A stretch of 64,000 nucleotides of DNA from Spirochaetia bacterium (GTDB lineage: Bacteria; Spirochaetota; Spirochaetia; SZUA-6; Bin103). Each line of letters starts with the position of its first letter. Positions within the stretch are counted from its first letter, which is position 1. The position numbers were made by a program, and so were the translations under genes. This document shows, piece after piece, positions 49,360 through 59,921 of the stretch. Where the stretch lies: contig CBDAOI010000003.1 in NCBI GenBank assembly GCA_965198005.1, positions 800,001-864,000 on the forward strand. The letters are read 5' to 3'. The notes below the pieces were generated by a model. It was given only the letters and a program-made list of their open reading frames with translations, did not search any database and was not told the DNA's origin.

Positions 49360-50187
49360 ATGCGGGTACGGGCCGTGCCGGTAGGGGAAGTGCCGCCGGC
49401 GCCGCCCGCCGCTGGCGGGCAGCAACCGGGAGCCGTGGCCGCGGCGCTGGAGGTCGACCGTCTGGAGGCGGCCTACGGCCAGGCGGCGCCGGTGTTGCGC
49501 GGCCTGTCGTTGCGCGTGCCGAAGGGGCGCATCGTGGCTCTGCTCGGTGCCAACGGCGCCGGCAAGACCACCGCCATCCGGGCGATCGCCGGGCTGCTGC
49601 CGTACGAGAACGGGGCGGTCACGGCCGGCTCGATTCTGCTCGACGGGCGGCGCGTGGACGGGTTGCCGCCGCATCAGCGTGCGCGGCGCCGTCTGGCGGC
49701 GGTGCTGGAGGGGCGGCGCCTGTTCGCCGACCTTTCCGTCGACGACAATCTGCGCGCCGCGTCCTGGGCGCTGACCGGACGCCGCACGCGCCCCCGCGGC
49801 GGTCTCGACGCGGTGTACCAGTTGTTCCCGCTACTGGCTGCGCGCCGCCGCCAGCGCGCGGGCTACTTGTCCGGTGGAGAACAGCAGATGCTGGCCATCG
49901 GCCGGGCGTTGCTGACCGAGCCCACCGTGATGCTGCTGGACGAGCCCTCGCTGGGCTTGGCGCCACGCCTCCGGGAAGAGATCTTCGCCGGCATTGGGCG
50001 GATCAACCGCGAACGCCGCGTGTCCATGCTGCTGGTGGAACAGAACACCGTCATGGCGCTGGCGATCGCGCGCTACGGCTACGTCATCGAGCAGGGGCGG
50101 GTGGTGCTGGAGGGCCCGGTCGAGGCGCTCAAGGCGAGTCGCGAGGTGCGCGACGCCTACCTGGGCCCCGGCACGCGGGCACCGTGA
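49360..50187 (+). CDS. ABC ATPase (LivF-like)
   Basis: GANGAGKTT, LSGGEQQMLAIGRAL, DEPSLGLAP. Confidence 0.9.
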   Translation: MRVRAVPVGEVPPAPPAAGGQQPGAVAAALEVDRLEAAYGQAAPVLRGLSLRVPKGRIVALLGANGAGKTTAIRAIAGLLPYENGAVTAGSILLDGRRVDGLPPHQRARRRLAAVLEGRRLFADLSVDDNLRAASWALTGRRTRPRGGLDAVYQLFPLLAARRRQRAGYLSGGEQQMLAIGRALLTEPTVMLLDEPSLGLAPRLREEIFAGIGRINRERRVSMLLVEQNTVMALAIARYGYVIEQGRVVLEGPVEALKASREVRDAYLGPGTRAP

Positions 50188-50366
50188 GTGTCGCCGGTCG
50201 CGCATGGTCCGGAGCTGCGCGTAGTCTAGTCTTCGGGGGGGGACTGACCAATGAGATTGCCGGAATTGTGGTTGCGCCGGGACCTGTGGTCAACCCGAAC
50301 GGACGGTGCCTGGACGGTGCTGCGCCGACTCGCCGGCGGGATGCGCAGGCGGTACATTTGCCTGCG

Positions 50367-51119
50367 ATGGCTATCGTGCAACTCAGCGGCGTGACCAAGG
50401 ACTACGCCCTCGGCAAGGTTACCGTGCAGGCGGTGCGCGGTGTCTCGCTGTCGATCGAGCGCGGCGAGTTCACCTCCATCGCCGGGCCGTCCGGCGCCGG
50501 CAAGACCACGATTCTCAACCTGGTCGGCTGCATCGACACGCCCACCGCCGGCACCGTGACGGTCGACGGCCAGGCCACCGGCGCTCTCAAGGATCGCGAC
50601 CTGACCAACCTGCGCCATGCCCACTTCGGCTTCATCTTCCAGTCGTTCAACCTGGTGCCGGTCCTCAACGTGTACGAGAACGTCGAGTTCCCGCTGCTGC
50701 TGGGCAGGACCAGCCCGGACAAGGCGGACAAGCGGCGCCGGGTGGAGGAACTGGTGGAGCAGGTAGGGCTGTCCGACCACATCGCCCACCGCCCCAACGA
50801 GTTGTCCGGCGGGCAGCGCCAGCGGGTGGCGATCGCCCGCGCCCTGGTGACCCGCCCGGCGATCGTGCTGGCCGACGAGCCGACCGCCAACCTCGACTCC
50901 AAGACCAGCGTGCAGATCATCGAGCTGATGAAACGGATCAACGCCGAGCGCGGCTCCACCTTCATCTTCTCGACCCACAAGCCCGACATCGTCGCCCTCG
51001 CCGACCACGTCATCCACCTGCAGGACGGTCTGGTCGTCTCCGAGCAGCGCCAGTCGCCGGAACCGTCCCCGGATCCGCCACCGCCCGCCCGCGGGTCCGA
51101 CCCGGCGCACCGGAGGTAA
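50367..51119 (+). CDS. LolD/MacB-type ABC ATPase
   Basis: GPSGAGKTT, GFIFQSFNL, LSGGQRQRVAIARAL, DEPTANLD. Confidence 0.92.
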   Translation: MAIVQLSGVTKDYALGKVTVQAVRGVSLSIERGEFTSIAGPSGAGKTTILNLVGCIDTPTAGTVTVDGQATGALKDRDLTNLRHAHFGFIFQSFNLVPVLNVYENVEFPLLLGRTSPDKADKRRRVEELVEQVGLSDHIAHRPNELSGGQRQRVAIARALVTRPAIVLADEPTANLDSKTSVQIIELMKRINAERGSTFIFSTHKPDIVALADHVIHLQDGLVVSEQRQSPEPSPDPPPPARGSDPAHRR

Positions 51120-51125
51120 TGCCGC

Positions 51126-52649
51126 GTGCCGGTGATCCTGCGCATCGCGTTGCGCAACCTGCGTGAGCATCGCGCCAAGACCTTGATCGTGGGCATCATC
51201 ATCGCGGTCGGGATCGCGGTGCTGGTGGCCGGCAACTCGCTGGCCGAGACCGCCACCCGCGGCCTGCGCCGGTCGTTCATCGACAACTACACCGGCCACG
51301 TCATGATCCACGGGCGCACCGCCAAGGACCTTTCCCTGTTCGGCTTCGGCGCCGGGACCGGCAATGAGGAGCTCCCCCGCATCGGCAGCTACGCGGAAGT
51401 GTTCGCCCACGTGGCGGCGCTGCCCGAGGTCGCGGCGGTGAGCCCGCAGCTCACTTCCTTCGCCGTCGCCCACGCCGACGAGGAGCAGAACGAGGAGTTC
51501 TTCGTGATGCTGTTCGGGGTCGACGTCGCCAGCTACGGCGCGATGTTCCCCGACAGTGCCGAGGTCGTCGCCGGGCAGCCGCTGGCGCCGGGCCGGCCCG
51601 GCATCATGCTGCCGGCCACCTTGGCCGAGGAGATGGGAGAGCAGCTCGGCGTGGAGCTGCAGCCCGGCCATCCGCTGCTGCTCACCGCCGTCGGCGGCAA
51701 CGGGCTCCGCATCCGGGAGCTGCCGGTCAGCGGCATCTTCCGCTTCCAGCAGGAGATGCAGGGCCTCAATCGGGTCGCGATCGTGGACGCCCAGTCGCTG
51801 CGCGCGCTCGCCGGGCTGGTGGTCAGCACCGGCCAGATCGAGCTGGACGCGCGGGAAACCGAGATGCTCGACGCCGGTGACCCGGACGCGCTGTTCGCCG
51901 ACGGGGAGGAGATGGTGGAGGCTGACGCCGCCGCGGACAGTGCCCCGGCCGGCGCCGCCGCAGGCGCTGCCGGCGGGGCGGCGCTCAGCGAGCGGCGCGT
52001 GCTGGCGATCCTCGGCGACCGGGCACGCGCGCCGCCGGTGATGGACGCCGGCGCCTGGCACTTCCTGCTGCTCAAGCTGGCGCCCGGAGCGGGCTCGGAG
52101 CGGGTTCGCGTGCAGCGGCTGATCGACGAGCTGAACGGCTACTTCGAGGCCCGGCAGATCGCCGCCGAGGCGGTCGACTGGCGCGCCGCGGCGGGCGGCT
52201 TCAGCCGGCTGGCGGCGGTGATGCAGGCGGTATTCAACGGCACCGTGGTAGTGATCGCCGTGGTCGCCGTGATCATCATCATGAACACGCTGGTGATCTC
52301 GGTGATCGAGCGCACCTCCGAGATCGGCACCATGCGCGCCCTCGGCGCCCACAAGCGGTTCGTGCGGCGCATGTTCGTGGTCGAGACGCTCAGCATCTCC
52401 TGGCTGTTCGGCGGCGCCGGCATCGTGCTGGGGGCGGCGATCGTGGCGGTGCTGGGGTGGACCGGCATCCGCGCCGGCAACGACTTCCTCAAGATCCTGT
52501 TCGGCGGCGAGGTGCTGAACCCGGCGCTGTCGCCGTTCTCGGTGGTGCTCTCGCTGGTGATCATGACGGCGATCGGCCTGCTGGCCAGCATCTACCCGGT
52601 GATGGTGGCGTTGCGCGTGCAACCGGTGCGCGCGATGCAGCCGGAGTAG
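51126..52649 (+). CDS. FtsX/LolE-like ABC permease
   Basis: IALRNL, large periplasmic loop, ERTSEIGTMRALG. Confidence 0.88.
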   Translation: MPVILRIALRNLREHRAKTLIVGIIIAVGIAVLVAGNSLAETATRGLRRSFIDNYTGHVMIHGRTAKDLSLFGFGAGTGNEELPRIGSYAEVFAHVAALPEVAAVSPQLTSFAVAHADEEQNEEFFVMLFGVDVASYGAMFPDSAEVVAGQPLAPGRPGIMLPATLAEEMGEQLGVELQPGHPLLLTAVGGNGLRIRELPVSGIFRFQQEMQGLNRVAIVDAQSLRALAGLVVSTGQIELDARETEMLDAGDPDALFADGEEMVEADAAADSAPAGAAAGAAGGAALSERRVLAILGDRARAPPVMDAGAWHFLLLKLAPGAGSERVRVQRLIDELNGYFEARQIAAEAVDWRAAAGGFSRLAAVMQAVFNGTVVVIAVVAVIIIMNTLVISVIERTSEIGTMRALGAHKRFVRRMFVVETLSISWLFGGAGIVLGAAIVAVLGWTGIRAGNDFLKILFGGEVLNPALSPFSVVLSLVIMTAIGLLASIYPVMVALRVQPVRAMQPE

Positions 52650-52661
52650 CGGAGGCCCGTC

Positions 52662-53966
52662 GTGACCGTGTTGCGGATCGCCGCGCGCAACCTGAACCGG
52701 CAGAAGAAACGCAGCTTCCTGCTCGGCGGCGCCATCGCCTTCGGGGTGCTGGTGATCACCCTGGTGAACGGCTTCGCGGGCGGCTTCGTGGCCAACATCC
52801 GCGCCAACGTCTCGCACCTGTTCGCCGGCCACCTGTTCATCCAGGGCTACGAGAAGACCGCCAGCGGTCGACTGGTGGAGCTGGTGCGCGACGACCGCGC
52901 GTTGCAGCGCATCCTGGCCGCGGCGGAGCTGCCGGCGGTGTCGATCACGCGGCGCTCGGAGGTGGACGCGGCGCTGATCTTCGCCGGCGAGAGCGTGCGC
53001 CAGCAGGTGGTGGGGGTGGACTGGGAAACGGCCGACTTCCTGCGCGACCGGCTGGTGCTGCGCGCCGGCTCGGTGGAGGAGCTGCTGGCCCGGCGCGACG
53101 CGGTGGTGCTGAACGAGAACGTGGCGGCGCAACTGGACGTGGCGGTGGGCGACACCCTGCTGTTGCAGTCGCAGACCGCCACCGGGCAGCAGAACGTGGG
53201 CGAGTTCCTGCTGGCGGCGACCACGGTCGACGCCGGCGTGTTCAGCGGCATCACCGCCTACGCCCACCGCTCCTACGTCAACGAGCTGCTCGACGTCGCG
53301 CCGGACGCCTACCTTACCCTGGGCATCCTGCTGGACGACCTGGAGGCGATCGACGCCGAGGCCGATCGTCTGTACGCGGCGCTGGCGGCGGAGCTGGAGC
53401 TGGTGCCGCGCTTCACCGGCCAGGACGGGTTCCGCGAGGTGCGCCGTGAGCTGCTGCAGGCGGAGTGGCAGGGCACCCGCTACCAGCTCTCTACGATTAA
53501 CGACTTCCTCGGCGGCATCGACGACGTGGCGCGCACGGTGGTGATCGCCGGCGTGGTGGTGGGGCTGATTCTGTTCCTGATCGTCGCCGTGGGCATCACC
53601 AACACCTTCCGCATGGTGGTGTACGAACGCACCCGCGAGATCGGCACCATGCGCGCCCTCGGCCTGCAGCGGCGCCAGACGCGGCGCCTGTTTCTGACCG
53701 AGGCGGTGCTGCTGGCGCTGGCGGCTAGCGTGGCGGGGCTGGCGCTGGCGGCCGTTGCCCGCCTGGTCCTGCAGTCGATCGACTGGGGCCGCGACACGCC
53801 CTTCTTCATCTTCCTGGACGACGGCCACCTGTCGTTCCCGGTCGACCCGCCGCTGCTGGCCGCCTACCTGGCGGCGGTGGTCGCCGTCTCCCTGATCGCC
53901 GCCCTGTTCCCGGCCAACCGCGCCGCCCGCCAGGACCCCGCCACCGCCCTGCGCAGCATCGCGTAG
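52662..53966 (+). CDS. FtsX/LolC-like ABC permease
   Basis: IAARNL, ERTREIGTMRALG, PANRAARQDPATALR. Confidence 0.88.
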   Translation: MTVLRIAARNLNRQKKRSFLLGGAIAFGVLVITLVNGFAGGFVANIRANVSHLFAGHLFIQGYEKTASGRLVELVRDDRALQRILAAAELPAVSITRRSEVDAALIFAGESVRQQVVGVDWETADFLRDRLVLRAGSVEELLARRDAVVLNENVAAQLDVAVGDTLLLQSQTATGQQNVGEFLLAATTVDAGVFSGITAYAHRSYVNELLDVAPDAYLTLGILLDDLEAIDAEADRLYAALAAELELVPRFTGQDGFREVRRELLQAEWQGTRYQLSTINDFLGGIDDVARTVVIAGVVVGLILFLIVAVGITNTFRMVVYERTREIGTMRALGLQRRQTRRLFLTEAVLLALAASVAGLALAAVARLVLQSIDWGRDTPFFIFLDDGHLSFPVDPPLLAAYLAAVVAVSLIAALFPANRAARQDPATALRSIA

Positions 53967-54075
53967 GGTCATTGGCACCACGGCGTAGACCGCGCGCCTC
54001 GCGTTGTGTCGATACTCGCCTCAGATCGGGCTGCGGCTGGCCGGTGACACGCGGCCACCGGTACATTTCCGCGGC

Positions 54076-54873
54076 ATGAAGCGACAGTTCATGCTCCCAT
54101 CGATACGGCTCCTGCGGTCCATCTGCTCGGTGGCCGCGCTGGTGGCCGCGTTGCTGCTGGTGCCGGTGCTGGGGTCGGCGGCGGACGAGACCGACCACCT
54201 CGCGGTGCTGCGCGCCATCGATCGCGCGCGCAGCTTCGATACGACCGACTTTTCGGCGGTCTTCACGGTGGTGTCCGAGAAGTCGGATGAGGAGAACAGC
54301 GTGTTCAAGGCGCAGATGTTTCGCCGCGACGCCGAGGACAAGTTCGTGATGGTGTTCCTGGAACCGGACGTGCAGCGCGGCCAGGGCTATCTGCAGGTAG
54401 ACGACAACCTGTGGTTCTACGATCCGGACAGCCGCAAGTTCTCCCACTCGTCCATGCGCGAGAGCCTGCAGGATTCCGAGGTGCGCAACAGCGACCTGAA
54501 CCGGTCCTCCCTGGCGGACGACTACACCGTGGAAGCGGCGTCCGAGGGGCGTCTCGGGCGCTACGACGTGTACATCCTGGAACTGAGCGCGCGGCACAAC
54601 GAAGTTGCGTTCCCGTACCTGAAGCTGTGGGTGCGGCGTGACAACGAACTGGTGCTCAAGGCCCAGAACCTCAGCCTGTCGGGGCGCCTCGTGTGCAGCG
54701 ACTATTTCCCCAGGTACGTGCGCGTGGGGGACCGCTTGCTGCCCGCGCAGATGTTGTTCGTGGATGAGCTGAAGGAGGGCCAGCGCACCCAGGTGACGAT
54801 GGCCAACACCTCGCTGGCACGGGTCCCCGACTCGGTGTTCAGCAAGAGCTACCTGGAACGGGTTAACCGTTGA
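54076..54873 (+). CDS. Outer-membrane lipoprotein-sorting protein (LolA-like), copy 1
   Basis: Signal peptide; FLEPDVQRGQGYL..NLWFYDP; SVFSKSYLE. Confidence 0.8.
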   Translation: MKRQFMLPSIRLLRSICSVAALVAALLLVPVLGSAADETDHLAVLRAIDRARSFDTTDFSAVFTVVSEKSDEENSVFKAQMFRRDAEDKFVMVFLEPDVQRGQGYLQVDDNLWFYDPDSRKFSHSSMRESLQDSEVRNSDLNRSSLADDYTVEAASEGRLGRYDVYILELSARHNEVAFPYLKLWVRRDNELVLKAQNLSLSGRLVCSDYFPRYVRVGDRLLPAQMLFVDELKEGQRTQVTMANTSLARVPDSVFSKSYLERVNR

Positions 54874-55102
54874 CGGGGCTTTGGCTGCTCAATCTGGTGG
54901 TGGAGTGTGAGATTTTTGCGCGCTTTATTCTGAGAAAGATGGTGAAACAAAAACGGTCCGGTAACCGTCGTGATCAGGTAGGCTTTGGTCGCTGCGATCA
55001 TCTGCTGAATGCTGCCGGTACCGAAGCGATCCTTCAACGCCACGACAGCCTGTGCTATTGTCCACCCGGAGGCTCGGCCGCGTACTCTGTATTCGTTGTA
55101 GG

Positions 55103-55363
55103 CTAGCGGTACACATCTCTGCGATGGCCTACCTTGATGACTGCGACGGCTCGTCGTTGGTCGTCGACTTCGTAGACTACCCGGTAGTCTCCTTGTCGCA
55201 CGCGATACCTGGGCTGCCCTGACAGTTTCTCGCATGCAGTCGGCCGGGGGTCGTTACCGAGCGCGTGTATTCGGCGGGCGATGCGTTGGCGGTCTTTCTT
55301 GGATCGGATAGCTTCGAGTTCTCTTACAGCGGCGGGCTTGATTAGCAGCTCATATCTTGCCAC
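55103..55363 (-). CDS. RelE/StbE-family toxin
   Basis: DPRP..EKLSG..YRVRQGDYRVVY..KVGHRRDVYR. Confidence 0.9.
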   Translation of the reverse strand: MARYELLIKPAAVRELEAIRSKKDRQRIARRIHALGNDPRPTACEKLSGQPRYRVRQGDYRVVYEVDDQRRAVAVIKVGHRRDVYR

Positions 55364-55580
55364 TGCGCTTCAGATCCTTCAGAACCTCCTCGTACTTCAG
55401 GTTGGGCTCATCCGCTCGGTCATCGAAGGCCGCAAGGTCCTCTGCATCCTCGGCCAGTCGCAAGCGAACGGCCTCATTCACCAGGTCGGACACCGATCGG
55501 TCGATCTCTGCCGCCTTCAGTCTCAGTGCACGGTATAGGTGGTGGTCAAAATAGATCGTCGTTCGCTTTGCATCAGGCAT
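55350..55580 (-). CDS. RHH/CopG antitoxin
   Basis: KRTTIYFD..ALRLKAAE..SVSDLVNEAVR..EDAEDL. Confidence 0.85.
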   Translation of the reverse strand: MPDAKRTTIYFDHHLYRALRLKAAEIDRSVSDLVNEAVRLRLAEDAEDLAAFDDRADEPNLKYEEVLKDLKRSGKI

Positions 55581-55883
55581 CATAGCACTATAACGCTATG
55601 CCGTTCCAAAGTCAAAACGTCATGGGTCCGGTGGACGTTCCGTCCTCTTACAACGGTCACCCCGGCGGAGTACATGGCGTGCTTCACGGAGCCAGCTCTA
55701 CGGGACCACCTACTCGGTACACTTCGCCGACTCGGTCTGCGGTGCCCGATGAGGCGCAGACACTACGATGCCAGGCGCCACTTCGAGCCGACCGGCCAGG
55801 TCACGCCCATCCACAGCCCGGCGCTCGTCGACCTAGTCGGCCGCGTTCCGGGCGCGCCTCCGGAAAATCGCTAACAGCTAAGG

Positions 55884-56411
55884 GACATTTCCGCCGCCCA
55901 CTTCAACCCCGCCGTGACGATCGGTTTCTGGAGCGTGGGGCGCCTGCCGACCCGGCTTGTGGTGCCCTACCTGATCAGTGAGCTGGTCGGCGCGGTGCTG
56001 GCCAGCCTGGCGCTGTGGCTGCTGCTGCCCGACGACCGCGGGCTGATGGGAGCGCACGTGCCGGCGCTGCCCGCGGGCGCCTCGATAGTGATGGAGGTGA
56101 TCCTCACCTTCTTCCTGATGTTCGTGATTCTCGGCGTCGCGGGATACCTCAACGCCGCCCCGTCGGCCGCCGCGATCAACCGGCAGCCCTCCTCCGGACT
56201 GGCGGTGGGCGCGGTCGTGGGACTGGCGATCTGGTTCGCCGGCCCCACCAGCGGCGCCTCGATGAACCCGGCGCGCTCGTTCGCCCCGGCGCTGTTCGCC
56301 GGCGAACCGCTCCGTTACCTGTGGATCTACGTCGTCGGCCCGGTCGGCGGCGCCCTGCTCGCCGGCGCGGTCGGCCGCCTGATCCGCCACGCCAGCCGCT
56401 CCCAACCCTGA
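55884..56411 (+). pseudogene. MIP/aquaporin lacking its N-terminal helices
   Basis: ISAAHFNPAVT and GASMNPARSF; in-frame TAA at 55872 with no start before NPA1. Confidence 0.8.
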
Positions 56412-57038
56412 TTACCGGGTTGCCTCCACAACGACGTCGCGGAATCGCGTGAAGCTGTTGGATCGGTTGCACCACGGATCGAAGTGACGCGCAACGGCAC
56501 GCGCGGCCTCAATCTTCCGTAAGCCCGTGGGATAGTATCCCGCACGCTTGAGGATTCGCTCGAACGCTTCCCAGGTTCCACCCGGAACTGCATCGGGATC
56601 ACGGAAGTTCGCTCGGCGCGGCACCGTCGCGGGCACTCTCGGGTATGCCCGGCGCACCGCGTCCCAGCTTCCGAAATACCACGCTTCCAACTCCTCGATG
56701 GCGATTCGGCTCACGACCTGCCAAGTTGCACCACCGGCCCGCGACCGGGGCAGTAGATTCGCGGTGGCTACCAGATCATCGAGTTGCTGCTTCAGTGTGT
56801 GACAGTCGTCCTGGTCGCGGTCTATTAGCAGGACGAGCCGCCAATTGGACGGTATCCAGTGTGCGTACGCTCGCAGGCGGTGCAGCAATTTGGTGCCCCT
56901 GGTGCCCAAGTGGCGCTTGTATGCAAACGTGTGAAGTGAGAAAGTGCACTCCGTGGGCAATATCCGCGGCAAGATTCCTCCGAGGAATGTCTCCATTGAG
57001 GGTTCCTCTACGAAGAACTCCAGATGTTGAGCCTTCAT
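56412..57038 (-). CDS. DUF4276-like (TOPRIM-like) protein
   Basis: [29 protein letters not shown]. Confidence 0.75.
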   Translation of the reverse strand: MKAQHLEFFVEEPSMETFLGGILPRILPTECTFSLHTFAYKRHLGTRGTKLLHRLRAYAHWIPSNWRLVLLIDRDQDDCHTLKQQLDDLVATANLLPRSRAGGATWQVVSRIAIEELEAWYFGSWDAVRRAYPRVPATVPRRANFRDPDAVPGGTWEAFERILKRAGYYPTGLRKIEAARAVARHFDPWCNRSNSFTRFRDVVVEATR

Positions 57039-58264
57039 TGACTACCACGGTCCGTCGGAGCCCCCTCGTTTACGAGCGGGTCCCCCACACCGAGGTGTCC
57101 CTCCATCCACAGATCTCCAAGTAGTGCCCCTTCATCGGTGAACTCCGGGACACCGCGCTGGTCGACTGCCAATTCGCTGTGCGTGTACCCCTGTTCATCA
57201 CGCCATAGCACCCGTACCTCGTTTGCCCGTAACGCGTTCAGGAAGAACGGAGAATGTGTCGTGACGAGCAGCTGCGTACGCTCTGCGGCGGCCCGGCACT
57301 CCTCGGCTAGCTCCGGTAGTAGTCTCGGGTGCAGAAAGTTTTCCGGTTCCTCGATACCGATGAACGGCGGCGGCTCCGGGTCGTAGAGCAGGACCAGGTA
57401 CGCGAGCATCTTCAGGGTGCCGTCGGAGGCAAAACGGGCCATCACGGGGTTAATGAACGGAGCATCCTTGATCTGCAGCAACAAGCGCCCATCGGGCATG
57501 GTGTCGGCCAGCACTCGCTCGACACGTGGAACTCGCTGGCGCAGGACGCTGAAGATTTTTCTCAGCCGCTCCTGGTGTTGCTCGGCCAGATACTGGATCA
57601 CGTTAGCGAGGTTGTCGCCCGACCTGCTCAGTCGCTCCTGCGGACCCGCCTCAGGCTGTCCGCGGGCGCTATCGGACGAAAGATACGAGACGTACCAACC
57701 AGTGATGAAGTTTCGGAGCGCCGCGACACGCGGATGTTCGGCGAACTGTCCTAGTGCGTTCACCGCCAGCAGATCGGGCGCATTAAGGGGTATCTCAACC
57801 CGTTCGGCGTGTTCATCCGGCTCGTCACCCCTTACCGCTCGACCCAGGCCACCGCGATAATCAAGGAACCGAAATGGTTTTCCGTGTCGGCCGCGGCGCC
57901 AGCTCAACCACTCCTCCTCCACTCTGGGCTTGCCGTGTGTCTCGTCGACGGCAAGATGGTAGGTGATCAATGGGAGACTCGGGCGCTCGCGATACTTGAT
58001 TTCAATCGTTACCGGACCGGTCGTCCCGCGTGACTTGAGCTCGCGAGCACGTCCGCGTCGGTCCCACGCACGTCGCAAGCCGGTTTCAAAGCAGTCGGCG
58101 AGAAAAGCAAATACGTCGAACACCGTGGACTTGCCGCTGCCGTTGGGGCCGAGCAGTGCGGTGAGAGGCTTCATGCTCTTGAATTCGACATCGCGGAGAG
58201 CGCGGAAGTTGCGCACATGCAGCCGCTCGATCCGTGCCGGGCGAGGAAAGGCTATCGAATCCAC
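57035..58264 (-). CDS. AAA_21/AAA_15 ABC-type ATPase
   Basis: [37 protein letters not shown]. Confidence 0.88.
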   Translation of the reverse strand: MDSIAFPRPARIERLHVRNFRALRDVEFKSMKPLTALLGPNGSGKSTVFDVFAFLADCFETGLRRAWDRRGRARELKSRGTTGPVTIEIKYRERPSLPLITYHLAVDETHGKPRVEEEWLSWRRGRHGKPFRFLDYRGGLGRAVRGDEPDEHAERVEIPLNAPDLLAVNALGQFAEHPRVAALRNFITGWYVSYLSSDSARGQPEAGPQERLSRSGDNLANVIQYLAEQHQERLRKIFSVLRQRVPRVERVLADTMPDGRLLLQIKDAPFINPVMARFASDGTLKMLAYLVLLYDPEPPPFIGIEEPENFLHPRLLPELAEECRAAAERTQLLVTTHSPFFLNALRANEVRVLWRDEQGYTHSELAVDQRGVPEFTDEGALLGDLWMEGHLGVGDPLVNEGAPTDRGSQ

Positions 58265-58499
58265 GTTTCTTGCTCCTGATAAGTTAAGTTAAGTGAAGTT
58301 ACGCCCTTTCGGGCCACGCACCTGCCGGATGTTAGCACGAATGTCGTCAACGAGTGGCTAAGTGGGCTGTGCCCTTGGATTCAGGCGAGGCCGCGGCGGA
58401 TTTCGGCGGCGAAGGCTGCGAGCCGGTCGCGCACTCGGCGAGCAGCCGCAGCCACCGCCCGCGACCGATGCAGGTGGCGGCAGGCTTGGCCTGGTAGTG

Positions 58500-59718
58500 C
58501 TACGCCTGGGCCGCATGTGGTTGGAAGCCGCGCAGCTGTTCAATCCGTGCCTGGTAATCTCGGCCGCGGCGTTGCACGAGGTCGCGGTCGAGGAGCCAAT
58601 TCAGGTCACGGGTCAGGGTCTTGTCGGTCTTGGTGGCATAGCTGCGCGCGAGCGCAGGAGTAAGCTCCGGGATCTTCGGCTTCGGGAGCGGCTGCTGCTC
58701 CGTACCGAGGGCCAGCACCAACGCCCGGCGCCGGGAATTGGCCGCCGTGGGCGGCTCGGCGTCGAACGTCCGGTAAACCAGGTGTTCCCAGGCAATCTTC
58801 AATTGCAGACCGCTGACGTACGCACATTGCTCACGTAAGCCGTCGGCGAAGCCCTGCAGTGCATAGCACACGAATTCCACGGGGTCGCCGCGGCCGGCGT
58901 TCGCGCGACTCGAGCGATCGAGCTGGCGGTAGTACTCGGTGCGCGTCTGGTGGTAGTGATTGCTCAACAGATGGGCAGTGGGCGCCGGAACTCCCGCGCG
59001 CGCCAGCAGCATGAATTCCACCAACCGCGCGGTGCGGCCGTTACCGTCGCCGAACGGATGGATCCACGCAATGTATAAGGTGGGCGAGGATGGCCCGCAG
59101 CAACGCATCGGCGATGCGGTTGTCCGCAGGATTGCCGAACGTCTTGGCTTCCGGCTCCCGCTCGAGCCACGCGCACATTCGGTCGAGCAGGTAGGCGCAG
59201 TCACCACGCGGTGCGCCGCGGTAGCCACCGACCGCCACCCCATGGCGCGGAATCGCTCCCGGCACCACGCCTTCATCGAGGTGCTGTTCCAGCCGGGCGA
59301 GGACGCGCCGGTTGTAGTCGGCGATCAGGTGCGGTGAGAGACGCGGCGATTGGCCGTCCTCGATCGCCTGCCGGATTGCTTCGCAGGCTGCCAGGATATT
59401 GTCCACCTCGCGGCCCAGGTATTCCTGCGACGGCGGCAACTCGAGCTGCCCCTCCAGCCGCGCCCTCACCTGTGCTTCGCTCAGCGTGTTGCCCTCGATT
59501 GCGGTAGTGGCGCGGGCGCCCTTGGAGAGGTACAGCCGGTACATTTCGGCGGCGGCCGCCGGCGGCAGGGCAGCTTCCGCGATCTGCCGGCAGCGCGCCA
59601 CGGCCTCACCGAGCAGCGACCACACGCGCGTCGCCGCGGGCCGCAGGTCGACCGTGAAGCTGATCCAGGGATGGCTCTGCTGATATGGGCGGCCGGCGCT
59701 CACGCGGGTACTCATCAC
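58500..59718 (-). pseudogene. Fic-family protein with a +1 frameshift near 59076
   Basis: TTAIEGNTLS; AILAHL continues as YIAWIHPFGDGNGRTAR in a shifted frame; C-terminal HTH-like segment. Confidence 0.85.
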
Positions 59719-59921
59719 TCAGTCCGATTTTAGCACATGGAATGTCCGCTCTGCTGTCCGCTTGGGTGTCCGGCGCCTGCGCGGTGCGCTCGCAACCTTC
59801 CGCTTATTCCACTGGCCGTCGGGTCCGCCGCCCGCTACCTTGTTTGCACGGACGGCGTTGTCGGGACGGCGTCAGCCTGGACGGGGCGCTCGACGCCGTC
59901 AGGCGATTCACGGGGAGGGTC

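Noticed and set aside
50226-53981. 1251-aa minus-strand ORF and similar long antisense ORFs (e.g. 11810-13819, 22861-24432, 40231-41730)
   Set aside because: Shadow frames of GC-rich genes on the opposite strand, with no recognisable motifs apart from the dppB shard at the end of 11810-13819.
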